Part shown: piece after piece, positions 10,686 to 20,752 of the stretch
Layout of the letters: the number at the start of each line of letters is the position of its first letter
Numbering within the stretch: position 1 is the stretch's first letter
From: a virus
Lineage: Duplodnaviria > Heunggongvirae > Uroviricota > Caudoviricetes
IMG/VR virus record: IMGVR_UViG_3300013936_000289
Coordinates: 152,064 to 216,063 of that record
Reading direction: 5' to 3' (one strand)
DNA length: 64,000 nt
Notes under the pieces: model-generated
Seen by the model: the letters and a program-made list of their open reading frames with translations, nothing else
What the model was told of the DNA's origin: nothing
Database searches by the model: none
Program-made: the position numbers and the translations under genes

Positions 10686-11102
10686 TTAATTTGATGTAAT
10701 TTTATTATGTCCCTTCTTAATTACAATATAACCATCATTAATCATATCTTTATATTGACTTCCAAATGATGATCTCATAGATACCTTTACATCTTTTTCA
10801 TTTTCAAATTGCCATATATATTTACCATTTTTTCGTTTTCTATATATAGCTTTACCCATTGTAGGATGATTAATTTCTGCATAATAAAATTCATTTGTTA
10901 TAAATGGATTCTCAATGAGATCATTATTCCAAAATAATCTCTCTTCAGAATGTTCACACCATTCAGATGTATAATCCAAATCATGCATGAATTTTGAATC
11001 TGTTTTAGGATTATAATTTTTAGGATAAACTACAGCTTTATTAAAAACAGCCATATTATCTTCAAAATATAATCCCGTTATATTTGACTTATTATCATTC
11101 AT
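10686..11102 (-). CDS. hypothetical protein
   Basis: 138 aa ORF. Confidence 0.65.
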   Translation of the reverse strand: MNDNKSNITGLYFEDNMAVFNKAVVYPKNYNPKTDSKFMHDLDYTSEWCEHSEERLFWNNDLIENPFITNEFYYAEINHPTMGKAIYRKRKNGKYIWQFENEKDVKVSMRSSFGSQYKDMINDGYIVIKKGHNKITSN

Positions 11103-11567
11103 TTATTTTATATCTTTAATTTTTCGTGAATATTCTTCGCCGATATTAAATAATATAATACCATTTAATTTCTCTTCGTCAGAAAGTTTATCATATTCTT
11201 TCTTGACAAAATCATCCCATGATATTTCATCATCCTTTAATTTATAATCATTCCACAGATTAACAAGTTTATCATAACCTAATGAAAATAATATCTTTAC
11301 ATATTCCTGCGAAATCTGATGAACACCACATCCTGTAATTGAACATGATGAACCACCATGATAATCTGGATTATCAATAGCATAATGTGGATAATAAATA
11401 ATAACATCTTCTACAAAGCATTGCATATTTTTTCTTGGATCATAATAATTATGAATTTCTTGTACAATACCTGGAAGCATGTTACATGTTTCTACCCAAT
11501 CGCCTATTTTATAATCAATATACTTATTAACCTTCTTTAAATTATAAAGAATATCTTTCTTATCCAT
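11103..11567 (-). CDS. hypothetical protein
   Basis: 154 aa ORF downstream of a TATCTTTG promoter. Confidence 0.65.
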   Translation of the reverse strand: MDKKDILYNLKKVNKYIDYKIGDWVETCNMLPGIVQEIHNYYDPRKNMQCFVEDVIIYYPHYAIDNPDYHGGSSCSITGCGVHQISQEYVKILFSLGYDKLVNLWNDYKLKDDEISWDDFVKKEYDKLSDEEKLNGIILFNIGEEYSRKIKDIK

Positions 11568-11676
11568 AATATATCTTTTAATTGTTATTAAACTCTATTA
11601 CAAAGATACATATTTTTATTGGAATAAGAAAGATATTCTTAAACTTATTTTAAAACTAATAATTGTTTTAACTCTT

Positions 11677-12039
11677 TTACTTTATTATAAATTTCATTAC
11701 AGATTTTTGAACCTTGATTATCATTAGTAAATTTAATTTATTTTCATAACATCCTGCAATATTCTCAATAGCAGTTAAATATTTACAAATATCTAAATCC
11801 CATCTATTATGATTAATATCTAAATCAACTTCTAATGGTTCATCTTCCCATTTTAAATCAGGATATTCATCCGATTTAAGCTTCATCTTTGCACAATGTC
11901 CATCCCATATAGATGGTTCTTTCTCCCACTTACGATCTTTATTAATTTTACGTTTTGGTTTCTTTGAAAAAAGATGAACATCACCAAGAATAAATCCATT
12001 ACCGCATGATTCGAAGCCTTTATCCCTTGCTAACCACAT
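11677..12039 (-). CDS. hypothetical phage protein (MWLARDK..GDVHLFSKKP type)
   Basis: 120 aa ORF. Confidence 0.65.
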   Translation of the reverse strand: MWLARDKGFESCGNGFILGDVHLFSKKPKRKINKDRKWEKEPSIWDGHCAKMKLKSDEYPDLKWEDEPLEVDLDINHNRWDLDICKYLTAIENIAGCYENKLNLLMIIKVQKSVMKFIIK

Positions 12040-12050
12040 AATATATAAAT

Positions 12051-12281
12051 TTAAAGTTCAAACTCATCTACTACTTTAGGTAATTTATCATATCCCTTTT
12101 CATGATGATGTTTCTTACATGCTTCAATTGCATCAATCTCGGTTTTATAATAAGTTTCACAACTACACAAATAATTATTATCGTTCTCAATGGATATATA
12201 TTCTAATACACCATTTCGTGCATTATGTTTACCAATTTCAGCACGATAACCTTTTTCTGATTTTGTAATACGATATTTCAT
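12051..12281 (-). CDS. hypothetical protein
   Basis: 76 aa ORF. Confidence 0.6.
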   Translation of the reverse strand: MKYRITKSEKGYRAEIGKHNARNGVLEYISIENDNNYLCSCETYYKTEIDAIEACKKHHHEKGYDKLPKVVDEFEL

Positions 12282-12344
12282 ATAATATTAAATTAAAATT
12301 ATAATTCAAAGTTACATATTAAAATTTAAATATGAAAAATATCT

Positions 12345-12692
12345 TTAATCTTTTTTTATACAATGTTTTTTAAAATCCCATTCATATTTTTCATAATCTG
12401 TATCATCTTCTTTATCATCATATATATTAATCATATCATGATAACACTCATTAACCAACCATTTACATTGTTCTTCTGTAAGATCCTTTGTTTCTATATT
12501 TGATGGTTTATATAACATTATTTTCCACCATTTACGTATTTCTTTTTCGTTATTATTAAACTCATCATTTTCTATGAAATTATACCAATCACATGTTTGT
12601 TCATCAACATAAAATTTTTCATGTTCTTCACCTTCGATATACCAATAACATGGCATAATGAAAGCTTTACATAATTCATATTCGTTTAATTT
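12345..12692 (-). CDS. hypothetical protein
   Basis: ORF; start placed at MKLNE. Confidence 0.6.
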   Translation of the reverse strand, partial: KLNEYELCKAFIMPCYWYIEGEEHEKFYVDEQTCDWYNFIENDEFNNNEKEIRKWWKIMLYKPSNIETKDLTEEQCKWLVNECYHDMINIYDDKEDDTDYEKYEWDFKKHCIKKD

Positions 12693-12987
12693 CATAATTG
12701 TCACTTAACCACTTTTCAAACTCATCTATATGATTTTGCATATATTTATATTTCTGAATAATTTCATAAGCATTCTTCATCAATATAGAAACAGGTTTAA
12801 TAGATGTTACATGATATGTACATGATTGATCCATAGGATCTGCTGCTGAATGATAATCATATTCAATTTCATAATAAGTATCATCATCTACACCTTCAAA
12901 TCCATCAGGGAAAATCCATGTTTCCTCATCATCACATGGACCATTATATGATGTATGCATATAGCATCCTTTTCTTATCTCACTCAT
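12676..12987 (-). CDS. hypothetical protein
   Basis: 103 aa ORF. Confidence 0.6.
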   Translation of the reverse strand: MSEIRKGCYMHTSYNGPCDDEETWIFPDGFEGVDDDTYYEIEYDYHSAADPMDQSCTYHVTSIKPVSILMKNAYEIIQKYKYMQNHIDEFEKWLSDNYEIKRI

Positions 12988-13288
12988 TTGTATTAATATT
13001 TTTATTTAAACATGCGCAGAATCCTTCTTTATATGCACATTTTACGGCATTATATTTCTCTCTAACATCACCTGATGGAAATCCATATATACTCCCTTCG
13101 TAAATAGTTTTATCTGCATAAAATGTAGCATCTTTCTCTAACTCATCTTGAATATGTTTATTCCTTAATTCCTTAAGTTCTCTCAACCAACTAGCAAGTT
13201 GCTTATGTTCTAATCCACAATCTCTATTATCACATGTTTCTGATACTTCATCTGCATGCTTAATAGCTTCATCTAATGTCATACTCAT
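12980..13288 (-). CDS. hypothetical phage protein (MTLDEAIKH..C..C..EH.QLA.WL.EL type)
   Basis: Recurrent small phage protein motif. Confidence 0.7.
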   Translation of the reverse strand: MSMTLDEAIKHADEVSETCDNRDCGLEHKQLASWLRELKELRNKHIQDELEKDATFYADKTIYEGSIYGFPSGDVREKYNAVKCAYKEGFCACLNKNINTNE

Positions 13289-13291
13289 AAT

Positions 13292-13546
13292 TTAATTAAA
13301 CAAGTAATAATCTTTATCTACATCTTTTAATATACCATTAAAGGTTGTTACTTTAATATTTTTATCTTTATATTTTTCTGAACCATCTACAAGCATCTGA
13401 CAAAAATTCTCTCTGAATTTTTCATCCAATGTGCATGTTCGTTTATCATAATAAGTTTCATCATATGCAGTACCTTTAAATAACAGATTAGTTAATCTAT
13501 TAATTTCAGAATTTGATAGTTCAATAGTAATTTTATTCTTTTTCAT
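13292..13546 (-). CDS. hypothetical protein
   Basis: 84 aa ORF. Confidence 0.6.
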   Translation of the reverse strand: MKKNKITIELSNSEINRLTNLLFKGTAYDETYYDKRTCTLDEKFRENFCQMLVDGSEKYKDKNIKVTTFNGILKDVDKDYYLFN

Positions 13547-13558
13547 ATTGTATTAAAA

Positions 13559-13927
13559 TTAATAAATATCTTCTGAATATAATGGCCAATATCCATTCTT
13601 TATATACTTATCATTCCTGATAGCTTTTTCCTTGGATACTTGACCACATTCATAAGCTATTTTCATTGCTTCTACTCTTCCTACATATCTTCCTTTTGAT
13701 GTCATAAATCCACCATCAGATTCTTTATTGTTTATTTCATCACCATATTGATATATAATATCAGGATGTCTAAACCCCAATCTCATATCAAATACTTGAT
13801 TATGTGGTTCATAATATATTGATTTTGGATCTTTACCTTGTTTATCTATCATATTTTGTCTATTACTAGTATTTCTAGTTTGTAGATAAGCAGCACATAC
13901 AATATATTCTTTCGTATTATCAATCAT
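13559..13927 (-). CDS. hypothetical phage protein (IVCAA..RH..GF.TS.GRYV.R.EA type)
   Basis: Motif pattern common in phage hypotheticals. Confidence 0.7.
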   Translation of the reverse strand: MIDNTKEYIVCAAYLQTRNTSNRQNMIDKQGKDPKSIYYEPHNQVFDMRLGFRHPDIIYQYGDEINNKESDGGFMTSKGRYVGRVEAMKIAYECGQVSKEKAIRNDKYIKNGYWPLYSEDIY

Positions 13928-14124
13928 TCTATTTCAACTTCTTTTATATAATACTCAGAAAAACCTGTAAATCTATCACCATGTTTTTCTGGTAAATGTT
14001 CTTTTGCTTTTTCATATGTAGTGAAAATTGTTTTATATGCTGGACCATCCATAGGTTCATCAAAAGATTCATTAAATCCACCACTACAATAATTACCTTT
14101 GGTATAAATCTGATATAATTTCAT
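13924..14124 (-). CDS. hypothetical protein
   Basis: 66 aa ORF; 4-nt overlap with its neighbour. Confidence 0.6.
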   Translation of the reverse strand: MKLYQIYTKGNYCSGGFNESFDEPMDGPAYKTIFTTYEKAKEHLPEKHGDRFTGFSEYYIKEVEIE

Positions 14125-14126
14125 AA

Positions 14127-14432
14127 TTAATTCAAATCAAAATAATCATCTGGATATTTACAATATAACTTTTTCTTTGTAACAATTAAAAATGATGCAT
14201 ATATAAAATTAATATATATTTTATTTACAAACCAACTTTCATTATTAGACCATACTTCTGTATGAAAATTTCCATCATAATAAAAACCTATCGCAAAATG
14301 ATTTTCTCTTCTCCAAAAATATTCTATTCGGAATTTATCATTTTTATATAGTTGTTTATTATATTGACAATATTTCCAAGGTGTTTTATATTTTATATAA
14401 TTCTTAAACTGTAATAACAGATTCCACTTCAT
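14127..14432 (-). CDS. hypothetical protein
   Basis: 101 aa ORF; start uncertain. Confidence 0.45.
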   Translation of the reverse strand: MKWNLLLQFKNYIKYKTPWKYCQYNKQLYKNDKFRIEYFWRRENHFAIGFYYDGNFHTEVWSNNESWFVNKIYINFIYASFLIVTKKKLYCKYPDDYFDLN

Positions 14433-14919
14433 TGTCCATTACTTTTTTAAATGTTCCACCTTTCATATAGAAGTTAAATATTGTATCACCTGGATATAAA
14501 TCATCAGCTTCTTTTTTCTCATTAAGATATTCTTTATCAGACATATTATTATAAAAATCGTTAAATAATTTATCTAATTCTTTATCCGTCTCCTCATCTA
14601 CTTTTTTAATATATGGTTCTATATCACAGTCATCCAATACATATCCACCATAATCTTCATATGTAGAGTAAGGTGCATCATTACACTTATGTACACTTGA
14701 AACTGGAAATCCATTTATTTCATATAGTTCACAAATTTTATCACCTATTTCTTTTACACGAACAAGCTTCAATTCATCTTCTTTCTTTTTCTGCTCTTTT
14801 TTAATCTCATCTTCCTTCTTCTTAAATGGCTTATAAAAAGTGGAAAACTCCTTATTAAACTTTACAATATCATCATCAGATAATTTCTTAATCTCTCCTA
14901 AAATCTCTTGTATATTCAT
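14404..14919 (-). CDS. hypothetical protein
   Basis: 171 aa ORF. Confidence 0.7.
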   Translation of the reverse strand: MNIQEILGEIKKLSDDDIVKFNKEFSTFYKPFKKKEDEIKKEQKKKEDELKLVRVKEIGDKICELYEINGFPVSSVHKCNDAPYSTYEDYGGYVLDDCDIEPYIKKVDEETDKELDKLFNDFYNNMSDKEYLNEKKEADDLYPGDTIFNFYMKGGTFKKVMDNEVESVITV

Positions 14920-14938
14920 AGTTATATAAAATTAAATA

Positions 14939-15475
14939 TTAAATATCATCTCTTACTTGCATCAGTGCAAATCCTAATAAATTCTGTCCATTCCACTTTT
15001 CTGGATATAAAATATCGTCATTATCCATTGACATTTTTACTCCCCATACAGCATCATATGGAGATGCTTCTACCAATATAGAATTTCCTGTAGATTTAAG
15101 ATAATCCTTAAGTTTCTTATTTTGCGTGAACTTAAGATAATTACCATTATATACAATCATAAACTTATTTTCATTCCAAACTTTTTCATCGAAATTCTTA
15201 ATAAGTCTTCCGTATTTCTTCATTTGATCTGGACGTTTTTCTTGAAGAATTTTCCTTGCAATTTCATCATCGCCAAACAAAATAGCTTTCTGATACATCA
15301 TATATTGTTCAGTGCAAGAATAAGTATTCTTATCATCACTAAATATTGACTTATACCACTGACACAATACATGTGGACCTATTTCATTTATTCCGTATGG
15401 TTTCCAAAAACAGATAATATCTTCATTATAAGACATTTCCTCTGCATCCTTTATTGTATATCTTTGTTCTTTCAT
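14939..15475 (-). CDS. NADAR family protein (YbiA/RibX-like N-glycosidase)
   Basis: LCQWY, TEQYMMYQKAILFGD, KFTQN, LVEASPYDAVWG and GQNLLGFALMQVRD motifs. Confidence 0.93.
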   Translation of the reverse strand: MKEQRYTIKDAEEMSYNEDIICFWKPYGINEIGPHVLCQWYKSIFSDDKNTYSCTEQYMMYQKAILFGDDEIARKILQEKRPDQMKKYGRLIKNFDEKVWNENKFMIVYNGNYLKFTQNKKLKDYLKSTGNSILVEASPYDAVWGVKMSMDNDDILYPEKWNGQNLLGFALMQVRDDI

Positions 15476-15677
15476 TTTATTTAAAATTAATCTAACTTCA
15501 TATTGTTTATATAATTATAAAGTAAAATAGTTTAATAAATATATAGGTATGTTTTACTAATAACATACTAAAAATAGTTATTTATAATTTGATATGTTAA
15601 ATTCTTTTTTAAATTTAGTTAATTTCTTTAAGGGATTAACATTTGATTCAGTTAAATAGTTCTTCATAACTTTTGGC

Positions 15678-15929
15678 TTGTACATATTGGAAATACTTAA
15701 GGAAGTTTGGAATGATGTAAAAACAAATAACGGGAATGCTATCATGTTCATAGCATGGTTATTAATTTCTTTGTTAACTGGATTTACATTTTCAATCTTA
15801 GCGATGATCGTACACTCTTGTTATGTACATCATATGCAAACAGAAAAGTGTGACGTATGCAATCACAAAGATATGTTAAAATATACATTGGTAATCTGCA
15901 TAGGTGGAATACTACATTGTATCTTTTGA
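15678..15929 (+). CDS. possible small membrane protein
   Basis: 83 aa hydrophobic ORF, isolated on the + strand. Confidence 0.4.
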   Translation: MYILEILKEVWNDVKTNNGNAIMFIAWLLISLLTGFTFSILAMIVHSCYVHHMQTEKCDVCNHKDMLKYTLVICIGGILHCIF

Positions 15930-15989
15930 TTAAATAACTATTAACAAGTAAAGGGATATAACATACAATTTGTTATATCCCCATTTTTA

Positions 15990-16388
15990 TTATGTAATAA
16001 ACTCTATTCCTTTTATTTGATTTATAACTTTTATTTCATCTTCATCTAATCCTAATGCAGGTTCATCAGGAAATAATATATTATGAAAATTTATCGCATA
16101 CATTAAATCATCATATTTCTTTACGGACGCATTCATCAATGAATATACTTTATGTATCCAATCTTCTGAATTAAAATTATTAATCCTTGCTTTCAGCGAT
16201 TCATTTGATTTCCTTATATCTAATAAATCTGTTAATTCTTTATATGTTCGTTTAAATTCACTCCGTATCAAATCAATTCGTTGTGCAGAATAAACAGCAG
16301 TTATAAGATTCAGATTTTCAAATTCCAAATCTTGTTGTTCATCTTTATTCCATGTAAACAGTTCCTTGAATGAATTTAATTTTTCCAT
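15990..16388 (-). CDS. hypothetical protein
   Basis: 132 aa ORF with its own AAACTT-N16-TATAAT promoter. Confidence 0.7.
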   Translation of the reverse strand: MEKLNSFKELFTWNKDEQQDLEFENLNLITAVYSAQRIDLIRSEFKRTYKELTDLLDIRKSNESLKARINNFNSEDWIHKVYSLMNASVKKYDDLMYAINFHNILFPDEPALGLDEDEIKVINQIKGIEFIT

Positions 16389-16519
16389 TTATTATAAAAA
16401 ATATTATATCTTTATATATTATATGTTAAAATTAAAATTAAGTTTATGAAAAAAGAGATATACTCTATATTAGAATATATCTCTTTATATTTAGAAGTAA
16501 ACTAAATTAAATCTATTAA

Positions 16520-17044
16520 TCACTTCTTTGTGTTTTTCTTAGTGTTCTTCTTTGATTTCTTTGTGTTTTTCTTATTATCCTTATTAACTTTCTTTGCAAC
16601 CTTAATATACATCTTAGTGATCAACTTAATCTCATCCTGATAGAATGTTGCATCAACAATATTCAGCAAAATCTCAGGGTCACGATGATATACATAATCC
16701 AATACATAAAGACTTGCTGGAACATCACGAATAACTGAGAAATGCTCATTATTACCAACAAGCTGTACCTTTCGATCACGATTCATAACGGCAAACATAT
16801 AATTACCGTTTTTACATTGCACTCCTGCAACCATCAATCCCTCTGTATGATCAATATCATCAAACTTTACATAACGTCCACCTGCTTTCTGCATAGCTGT
16901 TTCAAGCTGCGCAATATACTCTTCATCTGTCTTAACACGTGGCTTACGTTCCTCTCGCTTAATACGTGGACGTTTATCATTATTCACTCTCTTACCACGG
17001 TTCAAATTAAGATCAATAGATCCATTCACATTTACTTCTGTCAT
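16520..17044 (-). CDS. hypothetical protein with basic termini (possible nucleic-acid binding)
   Basis: 174 aa; Lys/Arg-rich ends including KKNTKK repeats; codon usage typical of highly expressed genes. Confidence 0.7.
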   Translation of the reverse strand: MTEVNVNGSIDLNLNRGKRVNNDKRPRIKREERKPRVKTDEEYIAQLETAMQKAGGRYVKFDDIDHTEGLMVAGVQCKNGNYMFAVMNRDRKVQLVGNNEHFSVIRDVPASLYVLDYVYHRDPEILLNIVDATFYQDEIKLITKMYIKVAKKVNKDNKKNTKKSKKNTKKNTKK

Positions 17045-17166
17045 AAACTTATTTCTTTATTTTTATTAAACAATTTAAAGATTATATACAGAATACATGA
17101 AATAGTTTACTTAAATTATAAAAATAAGGAATAACAAAATCGTTAAATAATGTTATTCCTTTATGA

Positions 17167-17562
17167 TTAAACTTCAAAATCTTCTTCATCTTCACCAGCA
17201 ACCGGAGAAATAGTCTCATCTGTTTCTTCTCCACTGTTATCAGATGTATCTTCATCATTTGTATCGAAATCTTCTGCTTCTTCCTCAGTATCATCTGAAC
17301 TTTCATCAGAAGAATTATCATTTGATGTTTCAAGAGATGCGCCTTCGCCACCTTTGATAAACTTGGCAACTGTCTCGGCGATACTAACAATATCTTCTGT
17401 TGTTACATTACTCATAAGTTTACCGATATTTGTAGCGATCTTCAAAGATTCGATCTTAAGTTCCTCATCAGTCATACCGTCATCTGTTGCAGTTGTCGCT
17501 CCATCTTCGAAAACAGCGTCTTCATCAAGACCTAATCTTTCTTTTAATGTTGTTGTATTCAT
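17167..17562 (-). CDS. acidic protein, paralog of 17587-17862
   Basis: Shares L(K/R)IE(S/A)LK.A..I(G/A)KLMSNVTT.D...IA with its neighbour. Confidence 0.75.
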   Translation of the reverse strand: MNTTTLKERLGLDEDAVFEDGATTATDDGMTDEELKIESLKIATNIGKLMSNVTTEDIVSIAETVAKFIKGGEGASLETSNDNSSDESSDDTEEEAEDFDTNDEDTSDNSGEETDETISPVAGEDEEDFEV

Positions 17563-17586
17563 TGTTATATATTAAATATGTATATT

Positions 17587-17862
17587 TTAAATTTGTGTGT
17601 TACTGATATAATCAGCAATTTTAGCCGCAATGTTAATAACATCCTGTGTAGTAACATTACTCATAAGTTTTGCAATATCTATAGCTCTCTTCAATGCTTC
17701 AATTCTTAAGTCTTCTGCTGGCATCTTATCTGGTTCCAAATTCTCTGCAAAACCGTCATCGCCATCTTCTAAGAATGAATCCATATATACGTCCTCTGGT
17801 GTATCGTTAACATCTACTACGTCTAAACCACCATCACGTGAAGTATGTTTCTTTGGTTCCAT
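17587..17862 (-). CDS. acidic protein, paralog of 17167-17562
   Basis: Same helical motif as its neighbour. Confidence 0.75.
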   Translation of the reverse strand: MEPKKHTSRDGGLDVVDVNDTPEDVYMDSFLEDGDDGFAENLEPDKMPAEDLRIEALKRAIDIAKLMSNVTTQDVINIAAKIADYISNTQI

Positions 17863-17997
17863 TTATTAAAAAATCATTTTTATTATTTATCTAGTATAAA
17901 CACATATAAAATAAAAATGAAGTTTTATTAAAATTCTTATAACTTTAATAAAACTTCAAAAATATTGAGAAAAATTAAGTAAAACCCAATAAAATTC

Positions 17998-18528
17998 TTA
18001 TAAAATACTATCAAATTTTGCTTTAATTTCATTTACAGTAGAAGTATACTGTGAAATCTTTTCATTATAATATTTTATTATTCTATCCAATATAATTTTA
18101 TTACATGAATCAATAAAATTATTACATTCTTCCTTTGTAGTAAATAAATGAATATCTCTATTTCTACCAAATTCAGTAGGAGACTTTAATTCCTTTGTCG
18201 TGACATTATATATAATTCCAAAAACATCTGGTGAATGTCTACATTCACGATAAAATTCATATGGAATATCTTTATTCATCCAATCATGATATGGAGGATC
18301 TATTATATATTTTATAAGTAAATTATTAGATAAAAGTATTTCACTTTTCTTTATAATAGTGAATTCTGCCGGTTTTACTGGTTTCAATAAATCAGATATT
18401 TTCATATTACCTACAGCTATATCATCAGCTACTGGTAATATACCATCTTTTAATTCTGATGTATATATTACGCCATATACGGTATTGAATTCATTATTTT
18501 TGAAATCATCATACGTTATCAGTTCCAT
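17998..18528 (-). CDS. hypothetical protein
   Basis: ORF; ATG start at MELIT preferred. Confidence 0.65.
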   Translation of the reverse strand: MELITYDDFKNNEFNTVYGVIYTSELKDGILPVADDIAVGNMKISDLLKPVKPAEFTIIKKSEILLSNNLLIKYIIDPPYHDWMNKDIPYEFYRECRHSPDVFGIIYNVTTKELKSPTEFGRNRDIHLFTTKEECNNFIDSCNKIILDRIIKYYNEKISQYTSTVNEIKAKFDSIL

Positions 18529-19231
18529 TTTCAACTTTATTTAAATCTTCTTGAACATAAGTAATCTTATTGGTCAAACTTTTGATATTAGATTCTGCTT
18601 TAGATAATTCATCTTGAAGTTGATCCGTAATTTCTTCTTTCAATTCAGTTACTCGTTCATTAAATATCTTATCAAATTTCTGTTGGTATAACTCTTTATT
18701 ATTTAAAGTTATAACTATTGCTTTTTCTTTAGACATCTTAAACTTATATCTCTGAATAATATCATTTAACATATCAACTTGAGATTCTTTCATTGTATCA
18801 AACAAATATAACAAACTTGTCTGATATGTATGGAACTTCTCATAATTATAGCAACAATATTTTGGAATCCAGTATTCAACATCACCTTTAATTCGTTTTG
18901 TTAAATCAATAAATTTAATATAGTCGCTTGATTCTATATGCTTTTTGTTAATCATGTTAACAATACCCACATGATATTGTTCATCTTCTTTATTATATAC
19001 AATAACTGTCATATTTACATCATCAATAAGATTATAAATATCACCGTATGTATGAATATAATAAAGTTTATTTTGTTCCTTATACTTATTCAATATATCT
19101 TTTGATAATTCAATACATGGATATAATCCATCAGTTGAAAATGTAACTTGTTCTGATATATCATCTTCTATAGAAAACATCTTCAATGTTGAATTATCTG
19201 AATTAATTATATCTATTGTATGTTTTGCCAT
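18509..19231 (-). CDS. hypothetical protein with C-terminal coiled coil
   Basis: 240 aa ORF. Confidence 0.7.
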   Translation of the reverse strand: MAKHTIDIINSDNSTLKMFSIEDDISEQVTFSTDGLYPCIELSKDILNKYKEQNKLYYIHTYGDIYNLIDDVNMTVIVYNKEDEQYHVGIVNMINKKHIESSDYIKFIDLTKRIKGDVEYWIPKYCCYNYEKFHTYQTSLLYLFDTMKESQVDMLNDIIQRYKFKMSKEKAIVITLNNKELYQQKFDKIFNERVTELKEEITDQLQDELSKAESNIKSLTNKITYVQEDLNKVENGTDNV

Positions 19232-19250
19232 ATTTCTTATTTAATTAAAA

Positions 19251-19460
19251 TTAATCTTTCTTAACATATAACTTGCAACAACACTTATCCTTTGTTCTAT
19301 AATTTGAACATGGACAATGTTTTTCATCAGAATCATTATTACATGGACAATCACCGTTACAACGGTTAATTCCCTTAATAATTCCTTTAACGACTTTTTC
19401 ATTTGGATTCAACATCCAACCATCTCGTACATTACCCTTAACGTAATCTATATCTACCAT
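19251..19460 (-). CDS. ferredoxin-thioredoxin reductase catalytic (beta) chain-like protein
   Basis: W.LNP..KVV..I..G....G.CPC...HCPC...CCCKLY cysteine pattern. Confidence 0.85.
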   Translation of the reverse strand: MVDIDYVKGNVRDGWMLNPNEKVVKGIIKGINRCNGDCPCNNDSDEKHCPCSNYRTKDKCCCKLYVKKD

Positions 19461-20404
19461 TATTTCTATGCTTTATTTTCTTGTTCTTTTATTCTCTCTA
19501 TATATCTCGGAACATATACAAAATCCATAAATTGTTCACCTAATTTTCTATCAACTATAGAATGCATGCCTTGTTCAAAATCCAATATATGAAACCACAT
19601 GTTATCTGATAAACTATTTACATATTCATTTGTATAACCATCTTTATATTTAGTTATTTCATCATGTATAAATAATGAATTTTTTATTTCATTCTCTCTT
19701 GTTTTATATTCTCTAAAAGGAATACATATATAATTATATGGTTGAACCGGTATTTTGTTTTGTAATGGTGCTTTCCATGATTTCCATATATCACATATAT
19801 CCCAATTATTCTGCAAGCAAAAACAGTTCACTGTAAATCCTATAGCATTATCATCAACAGTATAAACGGAATCTGTTGATAATTTATTATAATTGAATTT
19901 CGTTAGATTATTAACATTATTTTTTATAATAATAGAAACCCAAAATTTAGATAACAACAATGAATTCCCTAATCCATACAAACTCCATTGGTATGGCCCA
20001 CATCCGTCTTTACTACAATATATAGAATTTGAATATATTAATCTATAATTATTTAAATTATTTACAAATAACTTTAATAATGGAATATTAATATATGTTG
20101 AACAATTTGTTCTTAATATATAATCATATTCTATATTAAGTTGATTTAATAATTTAAATACCTTATATGTCTTATCATATGTACCATATAAAGTGTCATC
20201 ACATGGAACTTCTATTTTATGTAATTTTTTATTTACATGATATTTACCATCTGTTGATGCAGTATATGTCCAATAATCTACATTATCGTATTTATTATCT
20301 AATATATCTTTAGCATATAACTATGTTCGTAATCTATATTCCTATTGCTAGAATAAATCTTGATTACAACACATCGTTAATATTAATATTTTCTTATCTT
20401 TCAT
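19460..20404 (-). CDS. glycosyltransferase-like protein (GT31/fringe-like; TAG=Gln)
   Basis: Read-through ORF from ATG 20404; KTYKVFKLL..YDYILRTNCSTYINIPLL core; the final TAA overlaps the next ATG (TAATG at 19462-19458). Confidence 0.65.
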
Positions 20405-20409
20405 ATTAT

Positions 20410-20751
20410 TTAAAATAAACTTTCTGGATCTTTGAAATTTATTAAAAGTTCAGGACTTACATAAAAATGATATAATTTATAATCTGCGTATTTAACTGTT
20501 TTCAATTGAAAATATATTTTTGTTTCAGTATCATATAACGGATATAACCAATGATAATAATATCCGTTATATTTTTCAAAGTTATTTATATCAAATTCAT
20601 TATGTTCTTCATCGAATTTATAATAAAGTTTTGGAATAATTTGTTCACGTGTAAATTCGACATAATCTCCTCTACCTCCATGAACAACTCTCTCAAATTC
20701 TTTAGCGAACAATATTCCTGAACTTTTTAAATATATATCTTGGTTATACAT
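20410..20751 (-). CDS. hypothetical protein (RVVHGGRGDYVEF type)
   Basis: 113 aa ORF. Confidence 0.7.
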   Translation of the reverse strand: MYNQDIYLKSSGILFAKEFERVVHGGRGDYVEFTREQIIPKLYYKFDEEHNEFDINNFEKYNGYYYHWLYPLYDTETKIYFQLKTVKYADYKLYHFYVSPELLINFKDPESLF

Positions 20752-20752
20752 A

